Positions 13,110 through 26,340 of a stretch of DNA of 64,000 bases are shown piece by piece. Position 1 is the first letter of the stretch, and the number at the start of each line of letters is the position of its first letter. The notes beneath the pieces were generated by a model, which saw only the letters and a program-made list of their open reading frames with translations, ran no database searches and was not told the origin of the DNA. The stretch is from Marsupella aquatica (Eukaryota > Plantae > Marchantiophyta). The stretch is from NCBI GenBank assembly GCA_973895155.1, contig OZ316896.1, forward strand, positions 18,774,754-18,838,753, read 5' to 3'. The position numbers were made by a program, and so were the translations under genes.

Positions 13110-14452
13110 ATGGCAGCAGCAGGAGCAGCAGCGTTGTCGTCGCTGGCGTGTTCCACCTCCACCACCACAGCTCTGGCTCTCATCGGCAGCAGCAGTAGGA
13201 ATGTCTCGTCGAGGCAGCAGAATGGGTTCCTCGGCGGAGCCATGGACTTTGTGGCGTCGAGGAGAATTGCGGTGGTCTCGAGCAGACGGGGCGGCATTGG
13301 TATTCGAGCTGTTGCCACAGCAGAGGCGGACACTGAGGTCCAAAGGAGGCCCCTGCCCAGGCTCAAGAAGATCTACCTCGAGAAGGTAGTTCCGGCATTG
13401 AAGGAGGAGTACAAGTATAAGAATGACATGGAGGTAAGTACGCAGCGAGCTGGAATTGGCTATGTCGGTTAAGATGCGAGGTTCATGATTTCTCTCTCCC
13501 TTATCCTTTCATGTTGGACTGTCTGTCGCGTTTGAATGCCGAGGAAGGGATCAGATTAGGGGTCTGGGATTTTGGGGCCACCGCTCAGCTAATTTCGGCG
13601 ATGGTGGGATTTGAGTGAGGGCAGGTCCCATACGTTAAGAAGATTGTTGTCAACTGTGGTGTCGGGGCGGCCGCTCAAAATGCGAAAGCGCTGGAGTCGA
13701 CAGTTCGGGATTTGATGCTGGTCACGGGCCAGAAACCAATTACAACGAGAGCGAAGAAGGCTATTGCAGGATTCAAGCTTCGGGCGGGTGTTCCTGTCGG
13801 TGTCACCATCACCCTTCGCGGAGAGGTATCTCAACTGAGCTGCATGACTGGGTTTTCTTTCTGATGGTTTTAAAGTGGCATACGAATGTCTAGTTCTTTG
13901 ATGTCAAGTGCTCAATTTTGATCCCGACGAAGGCCTTGAGGAAGACTTCTGTGGATTCTGTGGTTTGAAACGCATTCTTCGTATTACTCATCTTCATTGC
14001 ACCTTCATTTGAGAGTAATGTTAAAAAATGCTTAATTCCTTGAGTTTTGTGAGTATAATCCCGGTCATTCCTCTCTGTGAAAACTCATGTCTGTCTTACA
14101 CAAGGTTTTCTTGGTCGTTTAGGTCATGTACTCGTTCCTGGATCGGTTGGTGAATCTAGCACTTCCTCGAACTCGAGATTTCCAGGGTGTGAATCAGTAT
14201 AGTTTTGACGGAAAGGGAAACTACACCCTCGGATTGCCAGAGCAGAGTGTGTTTCCTGAGATTCGTTTCGAGAACATAGACAAGGAGCGTGGTATGGACG
14301 TTAATATCATCAGTACAGCAACGAATGACACGGAAGGCCAAAAGCTTCTAGCTTTGTTGGGCATGCCGTTCAAGGAAGGTGGTGGCAGATCAGCAGCTTC
14401 AGGCAAAAAGAGGGCCAAGGATGTTTACAAGGGACAGAGAAGGAGAAAATGA
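13110..14452 (+). CDS. RPL5: Chloroplast 50S ribosomal protein L5 (uL5c), nuclear-encoded with transit peptide (284 aa)
   Basis: Exons 13110-13433, 13625-13825, 14123-14452 (GT-AG, in frame). Ala/Ser-rich transit peptide, then [92 protein letters not shown]. Confidence 0.96.
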
Positions 14453-15266
14453 GATCTATATTCCCTGTCAGTCACATTGGAAACCATGTTCCAATTGGAC
14501 TCATGATGGTTTTACAGCATTGTAACATCTTCTAGCAATGGCCCGCAATCTGGCCAGTGGTGAACAAACTTGCCCTGCCACAGATCAGGATTGGGATGTG
14601 CTGGTAGTGTAAGCAACTCAGTGTAGACACGAGGTTGTGAAATTGGGTTGACACAGGCTGAAAACGTGGACATTGTAGTGAGAGAGATAGTGTTTCCGCA
14701 GTTGTCACTACCTTTGCAGGGGAGTTTCTAGAAGTTGACGAAGCTATTCTTGCAAAACCTTGCATTTTTTTACCATAACGTCAGATCCCATTGGTGATTG
14801 TCTCCAGGCAACTTTTTCAGGAGCAAAGCAATCCTCAATGTATCTTGCCATGGTCTTTAGAAGAAATGGTTGCTTTGCCCTAGAGTTTATTTTAACTATC
14901 AAAATATCTCAGTTGTAACCTGAAAAATGCATCCCCAAAGAGCCATGTCAAACTCAAAACCCCTGCCACAATGGCATTAAAACCAACAACTCAACACTTT
15001 GGATTTATGGCAGACCTAAGGAGTCCATGGTTATGGGATAGTGCTTTGAATTAATTCAACATGTATTTTTCTCATGGTCTCTTAATGAAATATCAGGTTA
15101 TAGAATGGCGCAATGAATTAATTTAGACACTATAAGAAGTAATCTTTCTCAAGGTCTGTTTCGGAATTATCTTTCTGGCTTGGCATGACATCACTTTTGT
15201 CAATTTTGGTGACGTTTACTCCCAACAATGAGATGGACCTACTGATGTCATGTGCCCCTTTCCTTT

Positions 15267-15385
15267 GTCAAACTTGTCACTCCCCTTGCAACTTGCACAC
15301 TCTTGAAAACCAATGGAAGTGTTCCCCTCAGTTCGTTGCCCCTTTCCATTGTCAAACTTGTCACTCCCCTTGCAGCTTGCATACC
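15267..15385. repeat. Imperfect direct repeat (about 35-bp core, 84-bp period)
   Basis: gtcaaacttgtcactccccttgca(a/g)cttgca occurs at about 15267 and 15351. Confidence 0.7.
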
Positions 15386-16333
15386 CTTGAAGGCAAGTTG
15401 CCATTTGTTCCCCTCCCCCTTGATGTTTAATTGCCTCGTCATTTCATGTTTGCCAAAGATCACTTACTATATATATTGCAATGCATGGGCTGAATGACAT
15501 TGACCGTATACTTCTCTCGCATGCTGTCTTTATGAGTGATCTATTTTGACATCAAGTTGTGACAATATATGTTACAATATAGCATATTGTAGTAATGTCA
15601 CCCTAAATGCCCATTCTTTGAATGGTAATAGGGATAAGACAAAAAAAAGCCTAGTAAAAGAATCTATGTTGTTCCCTTCAGCTTTGCCCCATCAGTATGT
15701 TTGGTATACAGTTTCAGTTTTGTCCCTATTAATTTTGTCTTTATCCAGAGTTACGGTAAGGCTTCCCTTTAGAAGTCTAGACCTTTAGCCCAACTGTCTA
15801 CACAAAGAAAGGAATAACTTCAGCAATGAAGCCAAGATGGGTTGTGCACCAGATTGTGATTGGATACCATTGTGTGTGAAGTGAATTTCCCCACGTTAAT
15901 ATCCCTTCTGCACGAGGTCTTCTCACCATCTAAGACTCTGTTGTGGCAGCTGGTCCAGGTTTTTCCTGTGAATATACAACATTGGGATATTAATGGAGGC
16001 CAGCTATGTTGGCTATGGATGGGTTAATAGAGCCCCAACATGTTGGTCCAGTTATAGTAGTCATCTATGGATGGTTGGGATTTAATTAGTATGGTGCCAA
16101 TATTTGGTACTGCATGTCCTTTCATGGGATCTTTTCCACTCCCAAGAATAGCACTATTCACTACTTAGATATTTACTCTTAGGTCAAGTAATTTTGTAGT
16201 CACAGTTAGTCTAGCTGTAGGCAGGTGTTTCGTTACAATTAGATGTGCAACTACTACTTACAATATATAGCAAGACTTAGTTAGTGGGTAGCACTTAAAT
16301 TCATTGTTACAGAGCCAGTTGGTAGATAGGAAG

Positions 16334-17143
16334 TGTTGGGAAAATTGTCAACCAGGATTGACACAAGAGTCACATCAATAATGCGCACGCCAACAGTTTA
16401 TGCACATTCACCATGAGACTACACAACATATAAGTGGTTCACCTGGATGGGCTACGTCCACTGTCGTCGAGGAAAATCACTAATAATCAAATCATACATG
16501 GTCCACCATAGCCTCCTCCGCGGATCCGCGGAGCTCTAAGGCGTATCTCCTCTCTAGGTCTTTCACCGAAGACCTCACTGTGAGTTCCACACTGGAACTC
16601 TCTAAGGTATTATGCCTACTCGAGTGAGCCACTCCACAAACTGTGCTAGTGTCTAACTAGAGCTAATGCTAACTGCAGTTAGCTGAGTACAAGGTAGAGG
16701 CAATACCTAACAAGAAGAGCTTAGTCTACGAAGACTCGGTATGAGGAAGGCTTATTCTATGAAGACTCGGTATGAATGATGAGCTGAGAGTTCCGTCAAG
16801 CTCTCTTGTGTGTTCCCATGATTGGACGTAAACTCTAGTGAGATGAACCATATCTCTTGTGTCGACTACTTCTGTATTAGGTGCATGGGTTTATGGAGTG
16901 ACGTAATGTAACATATATTGTCACAACTTGATGTGGAATTACTGAGACGCCCCCTACTCACTTTCTTTTCAACTCCTTTCAGCTTTTCATTGATCACACA
17001 TGTGAAAACATGTGAACCATTCTGACTACCCAATCAGTACACGAGCTCCTCCCCTTCTGAACTAGTCAGTTCTGCATTATCTGAAGACATACCACTTCTA
17101 TTGATTGTTACTGTACCCCCTTTTATTCCTCATGCTGTCCAAT
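16334..17143 (-). mobile_element. Probable solo LTR / LTR remnant (copia-like)
   Basis: Begins TGTTG (16334). Contains gtggttcacc...ggctacgtccac, the reverse of the GTGGACGTAG...GAACCAC motif common in plant copia LTRs, and internal short direct repeats (gaagactcggtatga x2). Right end and TSD not clearly resolved. Confidence 0.45.
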
Positions 17144-17838
17144 ATAGTGTTCTAAACAACCTCTACCGCTATTTATCTTCAAATTAAAGGTACTCAGGCT
17201 AGTAAAACAAAATCCCCTCAAGACAAAGCAAGCTAGGGTTTTGGCTCCACTCATGGGCTAAGAAAGATTAAGAGTAAAATAAAAACGCGAGGAGATGCAA
17301 AGCAAAGGCGATCCAAACCCAAAGCTGAGAAAAGCGAATGACCGAACTGAGGGTCTTGTGGGTGCCACATCTGCAAAATCTAAGAATGGCCCTGGCACCA
17401 GCCAGCACTGTTATCTGCTCCGGAATTCTTCTATCCACTCTCCTTCGCTCATTGATTGATTGGTAGCACAACACGACCAGTCCAGTTGTCTGACGCTACT
17501 GCTTTCCAAGGGAACGAACAGATATCCCGCCAAGTAGGAGGAGCTTCACAGGAGTGTGGCTGCTCATCAGGACACAGGTCAGAATATGGCAAGCAGCAGC
17601 TGAGGATTGCTTTCGTGAATTGCCGTTTGGAGTTCGACTGTGGATCCCCACTCCCAATGCCAGGATTTCTTAATTCCTGCAGTGGGATGAAAGGATCACC
17701 GTTTTGATCTACTGCCTGGCTTCACGGCACTACTGTGCATTGATAGATGATGGTCTGGACAGACGGCTGAGGGACAGACGGTTGCCTGAGAGCCAGCTCA
17801 ACTGAAGTGAGGGAAGAGTGGTGGAAGGTTTAGCAATC

Positions 17839-20800
17839 ATGGCAGCAGTGGCAGCAGCAACGGTGCCGAGCTTTGGGCTCGTTGCCTCATCTCCATCTCC
17901 TGCTGCTTACGCTGGCTCTACGACCATGTCCTCTGGAGTCGCTGCTCGCTCTCATGCTCTGGTGTTCAGAGACAGCACTCGTTGTGGGAAGAATGTGGGT
18001 CCGTCGTCAACGTTATCGTCCAGGCAAAATGGCTGCTGGGGCCGGCAACAGCATCTTTCCTTCTCTAAGGTGTGCACCACCATATTTGTGAGTCGGTAAT
18101 GATTTTAAGTAGGATGGGTCGGATGTAAGCGCAGGGAATACACGAATTATGCGTTCTCATTCAATCCTCTTTTATTCCTGCCTCTTTCTCTGTCATCCCT
18201 TCTTCTTTGTCCGAAGGCATTCCACAGCCGTTATAAACAACGGCAATGCACTGAATATTGTCTCTCCTTAAAATGGATGCAAAGGATTGTCAGCTTCAGT
18301 GTTGGGCATTCTGAAGACTACGCCAGATTTTCCATAGAAACCAAAAAATTTGGAATCCTTTTGTGGTCTATAATGTTTTGGAATCACTGTAGTTAAAATA
18401 CGAACCTAAGTAATTTCGAGTTAGGATTCGAGAGGCGAATTCGGTCAAGGGTTACTGATAGCCACCAGTAAGTCCTGAAGTCTACTGGACAAGTTTGGGA
18501 GTTATCAATCCAGATATACCGGAATGAGTCAGTAAACGTCTATAGATGCCCAATCAAAATGGACGGAAAGTACAAGATGGAAACTGTGGCATACTGTTCT
18601 ATAGTTAGAGACCCACAATGGAGGACGTCCCTCTCGGGCATTAAGTTTGCAAGCTACTTTGTTTACAATGTAAACTTGAGATCGAGGATTTCTCAAATTT
18701 TCAAACTCCTACTGAAGTTCACCAGGGTAGCCCATCTCTAGGAAAGTTTCCTATTAGTAGAGGGGTTGATCGGGTTTTCTAGTTGGTTTTCCGTATTGTT
18801 GGCACCACTTTCTTTCTGTGATTGCTTTGTGCTACTCTGGTTCCGCTGTTGAAGTTTTAGCCCCTGTCAGCACTAAAATTCAGCTGAACGTTTTTCATTG
18901 TTTTCCTCATAATTGGGGATCTTAGCACCTCGGGATGAACCCACTCATGGATTTATTTTCCTGTTTTTATTTAGATTCAGCACAACGCATCAAGGCGGCC
19001 AACAATGATAATTTTTGCACAAGCTACAGAGCAGTCCACCACTTCAAAAGGCAAGGTATGTCAAGCCGGGGCTATCTTAATACCTTGTTTGTATCCGATT
19101 GTTAGTTTGCAGTTACATTAAGATTGAGGGTTTCAGCTATTTGATGCGGTTGTTTTACTGGATGTTCTTGCTGTAGTGTATTACATTTACCGTTAAGAGA
19201 TTACCGCGAGTCTTTTCCACTTTTCTTTCGTCCGATGAAAGCATATAGGGGATTTGAATGATTCTGTTGGCACTAATTTGGGTAATTGCTAATTTGCAGC
19301 CGCAGCAAACAATAGCAATAACAGGGGCGACAGGGTTTGTTGGGACCAAACTCGTTCACAGACTAGTTGGTGGTAAAAGCTCAATTCATGTTCGGGAGAT
19401 TCATTTAAAACTTTTCCAGAAATTCTCCTCTGTATTTCGAGATAGATCTGAGACATAGTGAAGTTCAACCTTCATGTCTTTGCACCTTTCTTTCCTAGCG
19501 TTGGCATGGATAATGTGTCGTGGATGAGGCAAACCCGGTTCTGTGTTTTCCACCGACCAGGGCTCAAACAAAGTCATTTATTGATTGCGTCTTTGAATAT
19601 TCGCTTTGGAAATTTCAAAAGACGTCTCGCATTGTGCATTGCAGAGGGCCATAAAGTCCGGGTGTTAACGCGGTCAGCTTCCAAGGCACGGTCTATATTC
19701 CCACGTAAGTTTGCATTATCAAATATTGTAATTCACCCGGGAATTCACCGACTGTACTCATTAAGAAGCTTCTCCTGTAGACTTTTGGACATACAGCTGA
19801 CGGATAAACATGGTGGTGGTATGGTATCCACTCTCGCATTTTCGCAGATTCTGGAGGAATCGCATATTTGCGATAGATTAACCTTTCGCATTCGGTTCCA
19901 TAGCACTGCTTGGTTTCAGAGAGAATTGCAGTCAAGGTTATTATTCAAAAGTTTAGCAATGAATGATGGCGTTTCTTTCCACTGGCAGCAACGAAGTTTC
20001 CAGGTATTGAGATTGCAGAGCAGCCAGACTGGGCAAAATATATTCAGGGAACAACCGGAGTTGTGAATCTTGCCGGGACCCCTATCAGTGGTCGTTGGAC
20101 GGAGGAGGTTATTTCCTTTACCAAGTAGACACATCTGAAATAGGATTTGCATTATTTAAGCTCGAAAGTTGTCGGTGTCAAGTTTTGGCAGATTTACAAC
20201 TTGAAATGTGCCACCTCCGTTGTGATCTTGCCCCTGTAGTGACGCCTTTTATTCTGCCCTTTTCTGCGTGCCTGTACGTTCATTGCAGCCCTTAGGTAGA
20301 AAATGTTGGGTCAAATGAAGGACAATCGGAAGCTCTTTCTCATCTTTCTCAATCCTTTGCAGATAAAGAAGGATATTAAAGCCAGTAGAGTCTCTGTAAC
20401 CTCAAAGGTAAGTGCTTTCCTACTTTAGTAGACTAAATATAGTAACCCTTTTCGACTGCAAAATGCGAATGGGAATTTTCTTGTTTGGCATCTCAAGATA
20501 ACTTCAAGGTAGTTCGTTACCCACAATAGAGAGATCCTGTCTGTTATTTTTGATATAGGACAAGAGGGAATATTATGGCTAGCACCCTTCGAGTGTTCAC
20601 CATGTCTTTCTCCATTGCAGGTTGTCCAAGCAATCAACGCTGCTCCCAAAGATCTTCGGCCTTCAGTATTTGTTACTGCAACTGCGATTGGCTTTTATGG
20701 TATCCATTGTTAATATATGGCTTTTAGTCTTTAATTATTTGTTTGACCTTCGCAACCTCGAATTGGGTTCCAATTTGGTATTCAGAAATTTCCAAGCGTT

Positions 20801-22241
20801 GCTCGATAAAGAAACATTCAATCTTTATTGTTTAGGATGTACTTAATCTTAAGCCTTGCGACAAAATGATTGACTAAGACAATTGTGCATTTTGCTCAGG
20901 CACCAGTGAGTCGTCAGAATTTGATGAATCAAGCCCTTCTGGCAAGGATTATCTTGCAGAGGTACGTCTCAGTTGTTGGCCGTAAGTGAAGGACGGTTTG
21001 TTTTTTTGGGGAATAAAGAAAGTAACCTTTGGATGAGGCTGACGGGCAGGCAGAAGTTTAAGATAGCAAGTGCGTGCGTTCTTCCAGGTTTGCAGAGATT
21101 GGGAGGCGAAGGCTCAATTATTGGACAAAAATGTTAGGACAGTCCGCCTTCGTTGCGGAATTGTTCTTGATAAAGATGGCGGTGCCCTAGGTATGTCCAG
21201 ATTCGTGTCTCTGCAGCTTGGTACTTTTTTCTCATTCTCCGGCTTTTGGCTAACTAACCAGTATCATGAACACGTCAGGTGAACAGAGATCATTCATCTG
21301 TCGCCAGTAATGGCTTTTTTTTTGTTTCACTGGTCCGGTTCTGTAACAATAATATCTTGTGCGTGTTTCCTGTTTCAGCCCAAATGGTTCCCCTTTTCCA
21401 GGTCTTTGCTGGTGGTCCATTTGGTTCGGGGAGGCAGTGGTAGGATCTTTGAGACCATTCCTTTCATAAGAGTCAGAAAGTGTGACCAAAGATCTTATTC
21501 TTAAAGCTTGTGGGAAATTGGCCTAGGTTTACAACGAACGGATCAGATTCCTGTGATGAATAACCTTTTATTTCATGCCAAGTCGATGACCTCTACCGAA
21601 AGATTTCCTGTTCGTTGTTGAAGATCAAAGTACGAGAAATTCCTTGTTTGCTAAATTCCTATTGATGGTGCACTGATTTTTTGACTTGCTACTCAATCAG
21701 GTGTTCATGGGTGCACCGTGAAGATTTGGTTTCCTTGATAATGGAGGCTCTTGTAAACCCAGCATACGACGGTCTGAATCCTGAACTCCCTTTTGTCACT
21801 TAGTTCTTTCCTCCACTTCACTAATGATTTTATTTCCGAGCTGGCGTTTCTGATCCCAAGTGCACTGATGACAGGTGCGATAAATGGTACTGCACCAAAT
21901 CCGGTCCGGTTTGCTGAGTTCTGTGACAGACTAGGAGCTGTGTTGGGTCGGCCGTCATGGCTGCCTATTCCCGACTTCGCGCTCAAAGCTTTGCTTGGGG
22001 ATGGTGCCATGGTGGTATGTCATTCACCTTTGGGAAACAGCCTGCTCAAGTCTGTTTTAACAATTTTGGATTGATTGCTTTTGCTTGAGTATGATTGATT
22101 CCTTAAGATTTGTTTCCGGTTTGTCCACTGATCCAGGTGCTCGAAGGGCAAAGGGTGATACCAAAGAGAGCTCAGGAATTGGGTTTCAGATTTCAATACC
22201 AATACGTCACAGATGCTTTTAAAGCGATCCTCGCTTCTTAA
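17839..22241 (+). CDS. GC1: Epimerase family protein SDR39U1 homolog, chloroplastic (GIANT CHLOROPLAST 1 / SulA-like), about 407 aa
   Basis: 13 in-frame GT-AG exons: 17839-18069, 18981-19055, 19300-19372, 19645-19704, 19989-20107, 20363-20407, 20621-20699, 20900-20961, 21088-21190, 21379-21439, 21701-21771, 21875-22014, 22137-22241. Motifs ITGATGFVG, VVNLAG.PI..RWT, AIGFYG, YLAEVCRDWE, R.GIVL.KDGGAL, GGPFGSGRQW.SWVHREDLV, NGTAPNPV, LGRPSWLPIPDFALKALLGDGA.VVLEGQRV.PKRA.ELGF.F.Y. Confidence 0.95.
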
Positions 22242-22463
22242 ACGGATCATTGCCTATACAATTGAGGAGGCACAGCAAACGTTTTGATTGCTCGATCAGA
22301 TTTTGCGGTTGGAACTGTCAGCAACGTAGTCTCCTGCCCTGGGACGTCCAAGAAGGCAGTTCATCCCTTCCCCTTCAATTTTGCTCTAATAGGTGACAAA
22401 ATGTCGGCCCGTCTCGGGCCAAATGTAATCAGCAGCTATTGCTTTTTCATTTGTGTATCAATA

Positions 22464-22749
22464 GGGCGTCTCAAAGTTTTGAGGGTTTCGAAATTAAGGA
22501 GGGTTTCGAAATTACGGATGATGGCATTTGGCCATAAAGGAATGGTCATAATTTTTTCACAAGTTCATGTAAAAGGTTGTTGTTGTTGTCTCTCACCAGT
22601 CTCTACATTGACTAATGATAATGGCTGACTAATGATAATGGCATAGTACCAATCCTTATGGAAATGTCAGGGACTATGAATAATTTTTTGTGTCCATAAC
22701 CCATAACTAGGGAGTTCACTTACATCAAATTGTCAACTTTGAGATGCCC
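22464..22749. mobile_element. Tourist-like (PIF/Harbinger) MITE just downstream of the GC1 stop
   Basis: TIRs GGGCGTCTCAAAGTT ... AACTTTGAGATGCCC (14/15 match), flanked by ATA / TAA. Internal short duplications. Confidence 0.7.
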
Positions 22750-24199
22750 TAATAATCTTTGTCATGGAGTCTGGAAATAATTTCACACTTGCTGTGGATA
22801 CTGTCATATAAAATGACATATATATAATTGGAGTGTACCAATGTTGTGTCTACACACAGTCCAACCTCAATCATTGAACTGGTGGTCTGCACTCAAACAT
22901 TGATACCAAAAACTCGTCCATGGGTTTCCAACCACACTGGTGGTGAGTGCACTTTGTATTGCATTGTGTATCAAGGGATGCGTAGGCTAACCAATGGCCT
23001 GGAGGTGATTATGGGCTTTTAATTATGAGCCCAAGGGGTTTACAACCATGACCCTTGAATAGGCATAGGGTTAGCACGGGTAACTCGTGCACTCTTTTTT
23101 CACATACAATTTTGAGACTCTGCTAGGCTGGCTGGGGATATGTGACTTGGAACCCCTGGCCAGGCTTGCAAGGGGTTTTACAGCTGGGGACCTCCCCTAA
23201 ACTACAAAGGAAAAATGAGAGGAGGTGGGGACCTCCGCCAAATTACAAAGGAAAAAACAGAGGAGCTTGTTGGCTTCTCAAAATGTGTTGGGAAGATCTA
23301 AAAGTTGACAGTAATGCTTACACTCTAGAGGTAGAGGCATTCTCACAAGGTTGAGGTTGTAGGGTTTAGTGTACGTATGATTGGCCAAATATCCAACCAG
23401 GAGCGACCTCTTTGTGTGGTCAGACTGGTCACCAGGTGGACCTAGGTGTAATAATAACAACTACAGTTATAAGGGGTGCATAATTACGAAAAAAACCAGG
23501 GGAATAATGTGAATTCCAAAATAAGTATGTTTTACCGGGTTTAGCAAAATTGTCATGAAATCACAGGAGGTAAGACAAGGAATTACACTCACCTGGGTGC
23601 ATATCAAAGGCTCAATCACAAAAATCTGATCAAAGCAATGATGGAGACTTTGTTCCATCTCCAACCTGTCACTCTCTCAAGGGGTCTACCATGGAAATCT
23701 GTGGGAAACACGGGTGAGTAAAAACAGGTATAATGAGTAATATTGCCATAACTTCTAACAGAATAAGAGGTATACACCCATAGACTACAATATTCATTAA
23801 TTCATACTCTTGATAAACTAAAACAGGTTACTAAAAGTTAAAATATAGAATATGATAAGGCTACTGTCTTCCCCCGAGTGCACATATCACCCTATGCTGT
23901 GGCCAAAAATGGAATTTTTTTGGTCCCAATAAGAGAAAGGTAGCTCAACTTGAACACAATGCCATTCTAATGCAGCACTCTGTTTGAATGAGGAGGTGTA
24001 TTTTAATAAGATGTTGTGTTTGAGCTTGAGGCTGCATTTAGAGTCCAGTCAAAGCATATGAGACGAGACATGCATGATTGGTACCGGTGTCATCTTGCTT
24101 GCATCTGCCTCAGTTGCAGTTTATTGCCGGTCAACCTGGCCAGTCTAGCATCCACAGATGAAGCATTTGATTCTACTGTAGCTTTTGCAAGCTTATCAT

Positions 24200-26340
24200 G
24201 ATTGTAGTTTATTTTGGACGGAGTCATGGAGTTGCGGAACTCGACTACCTTAACGCTTAGCTCCGACGTCGTTGACTCCAACGCCGAGCTCCCCTATGGT
24301 CCAGGCCCGGAACAACCATCCAGGGAGAACTTAGCATGGGGAGATTGTGGGCAATGGCACTGGGGAAGGCAAGACGCTAAGCTGGTGACACACATTAAGG
24401 ACTTAAACTAGCTGAGGGTTGGTCCGGTCAAGGGGAAAAGGCCGGGCTCAAGGTCGACTGTTCGGACCCCAGGACGGACTTTGAGTTCTGAGGGCTTGAG
24501 TGAGAGCTCCTCTTGGGCCCAAGGCAAATGGAGTTTATTCCATGGGCAACGGACGCTTGGGGCATGAGTTACGGCCCGATCCGGGTTTGGCCGATCGGGG
24601 GTCCTGAGCGACGATAGGATTTGAGGGCCTAGGCATGAGCATTGGGTCGGCCCCAATCACAATGGGCTAAGGCACTCCGCTTACAGACGCCTAACTAGAA
24701 AGTTATGGGCATTGTCAATTGATGACGCACCCAGACATGCGGGTTGGGGTCCAGGTGGGGGGCCAAAACTTGAGGACCAAAGTAGGTCCGGGGGTGGTAG
24801 ATTTCCAGAAGCATATATGAGGGGAGTGGTGTCTCCCTGGGGGCTAAGGGTGAGCCAAAGTCGTGAGCCGGGGCAGTCACGACACTAAGTGAAAGCGCCA
24901 AACGGAAACGGCGATATCTTCCCAACGGGAAGTTTGTTGGAGAACTTCTTGGGTGTGTTGGAAAGTTCTTGAGGAGGGCTACATCCTCCTGAGCTCAGTT
25001 GGGTCTAGGGATTCTTGGGGTTTGCGGGGGCTAGCTCGCCCGTTTGCCAAATCTTGCCGAAACAGTAGCCAAACTGCGTTGAGTCTCCCAAGGGAGCTTG
25101 TGTTGGGGAGGCAAGGCCAAGTAGGCATGGAGGATGAATTTTAAGTGCACTTGGCCCCCCTAGGCTACCGGCGAGTGAGAACCGGGAGTTGGTTGCTAGA
25201 GTCGGGGCCGTTCTGGTCCCGACGTGTTAGGACAAACTTGGGACAAACTTTAGGGCAAGCTACGCTATTTGGGCCATAGGCATGTCTTGGGGGCAGGGGG
25301 GTCAGTTGGTGATGGATAGGTACGAGGGGAGACCTCGGAGGAGACCCGGTCGGGCTGCACCCAAGGAAGGAGCTGTTATGGACGAACAATGAGTGTTGGT
25401 TTTGGTTCCGACTTATGGCATCGGGAGGACCTATTGTTGACCTACTTACCAATGTTTGTTGAGCTTGAGTTAGGATGCTAGATTTGGGAGATCTAGATCC
25501 AGAGGGGTTACTTACCACAGTGCTTGGTTGCTTGTGCAAACAATGAGGACCGTTGAGCGACGGTTGTGCTAGAGAGCGAGTGCGGCTTCGTATGGGAGGG
25601 GTCACAGGTGGTGTTGAGGGCACCAAGTTGTTTGCTCGAGGAGTTCCGTGGAGGCGTCCGAGCACCAAGGGCACTTAGACGTGGGTGTTGGGACTTGGTG
25701 AGGGCGCTAGGTGGCTAGGTCCAGCACTTGTGGTATCATAGCGATTGCTGGCATAGACATCGGGCCGGAGTTGGGCTAAATCGGAATCCAAAAATCTTAA
25801 CAGAATTTTGCGGGGACTTAGTGCTTCAACGTGCCCGGCGGGTCGATTGCGGGCAGATTCAGTCGCTGATGACATGGTTAAGAACACTCGATCAAAGAGT
25901 GATAGGAAGGCTCTTCCCGCCAAGGGAAGGGTCCCAGTTCAGGATGAATAGAAAGAGGACGGGTCTACTTCTCTAGACAAACGCTACAAACAAGAAGACG
26001 AGGACATGGCGGCCGGACTGTCGGCTAACACGGAAAACATGTTGAGTGCAAAGTGCCGTCAACTTAAAGGGAAGGAGGTTGCCGACCCTCCGAGAGACGA
26101 GTCAAGCGAGGACAACACCGACTCAGATGAGAGCAACAACAATTCAAAGACGGAATCGGAGGGAGAGGGTCAGGACCTCGAAGAAGAACTGATCCGAGCC
26201 TTGAGAGGGTTGGATGCGGAACCAGAGGATACTGTCAAGCCAAACATCATAGTGGATAATTTGACCAAACCAAACCAGGGTGACGAGGGTGGTGCCACAG
26301 CCCCGAGAGGTCATGGTTGTCGTAGAGGGCATGCACAAGT
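24200..26340. other. GC-rich, probably retroelement-derived decayed sequence
   Basis: Higher GC than the flanks; broken ORFs with Pro/Ser-rich and acidic KGKEVA...ESSEDNTDSDE low-complexity segments of the kind seen in retroelement gag/ORF1 regions. No diagnostic catalytic motif recognised. Confidence 0.3.
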
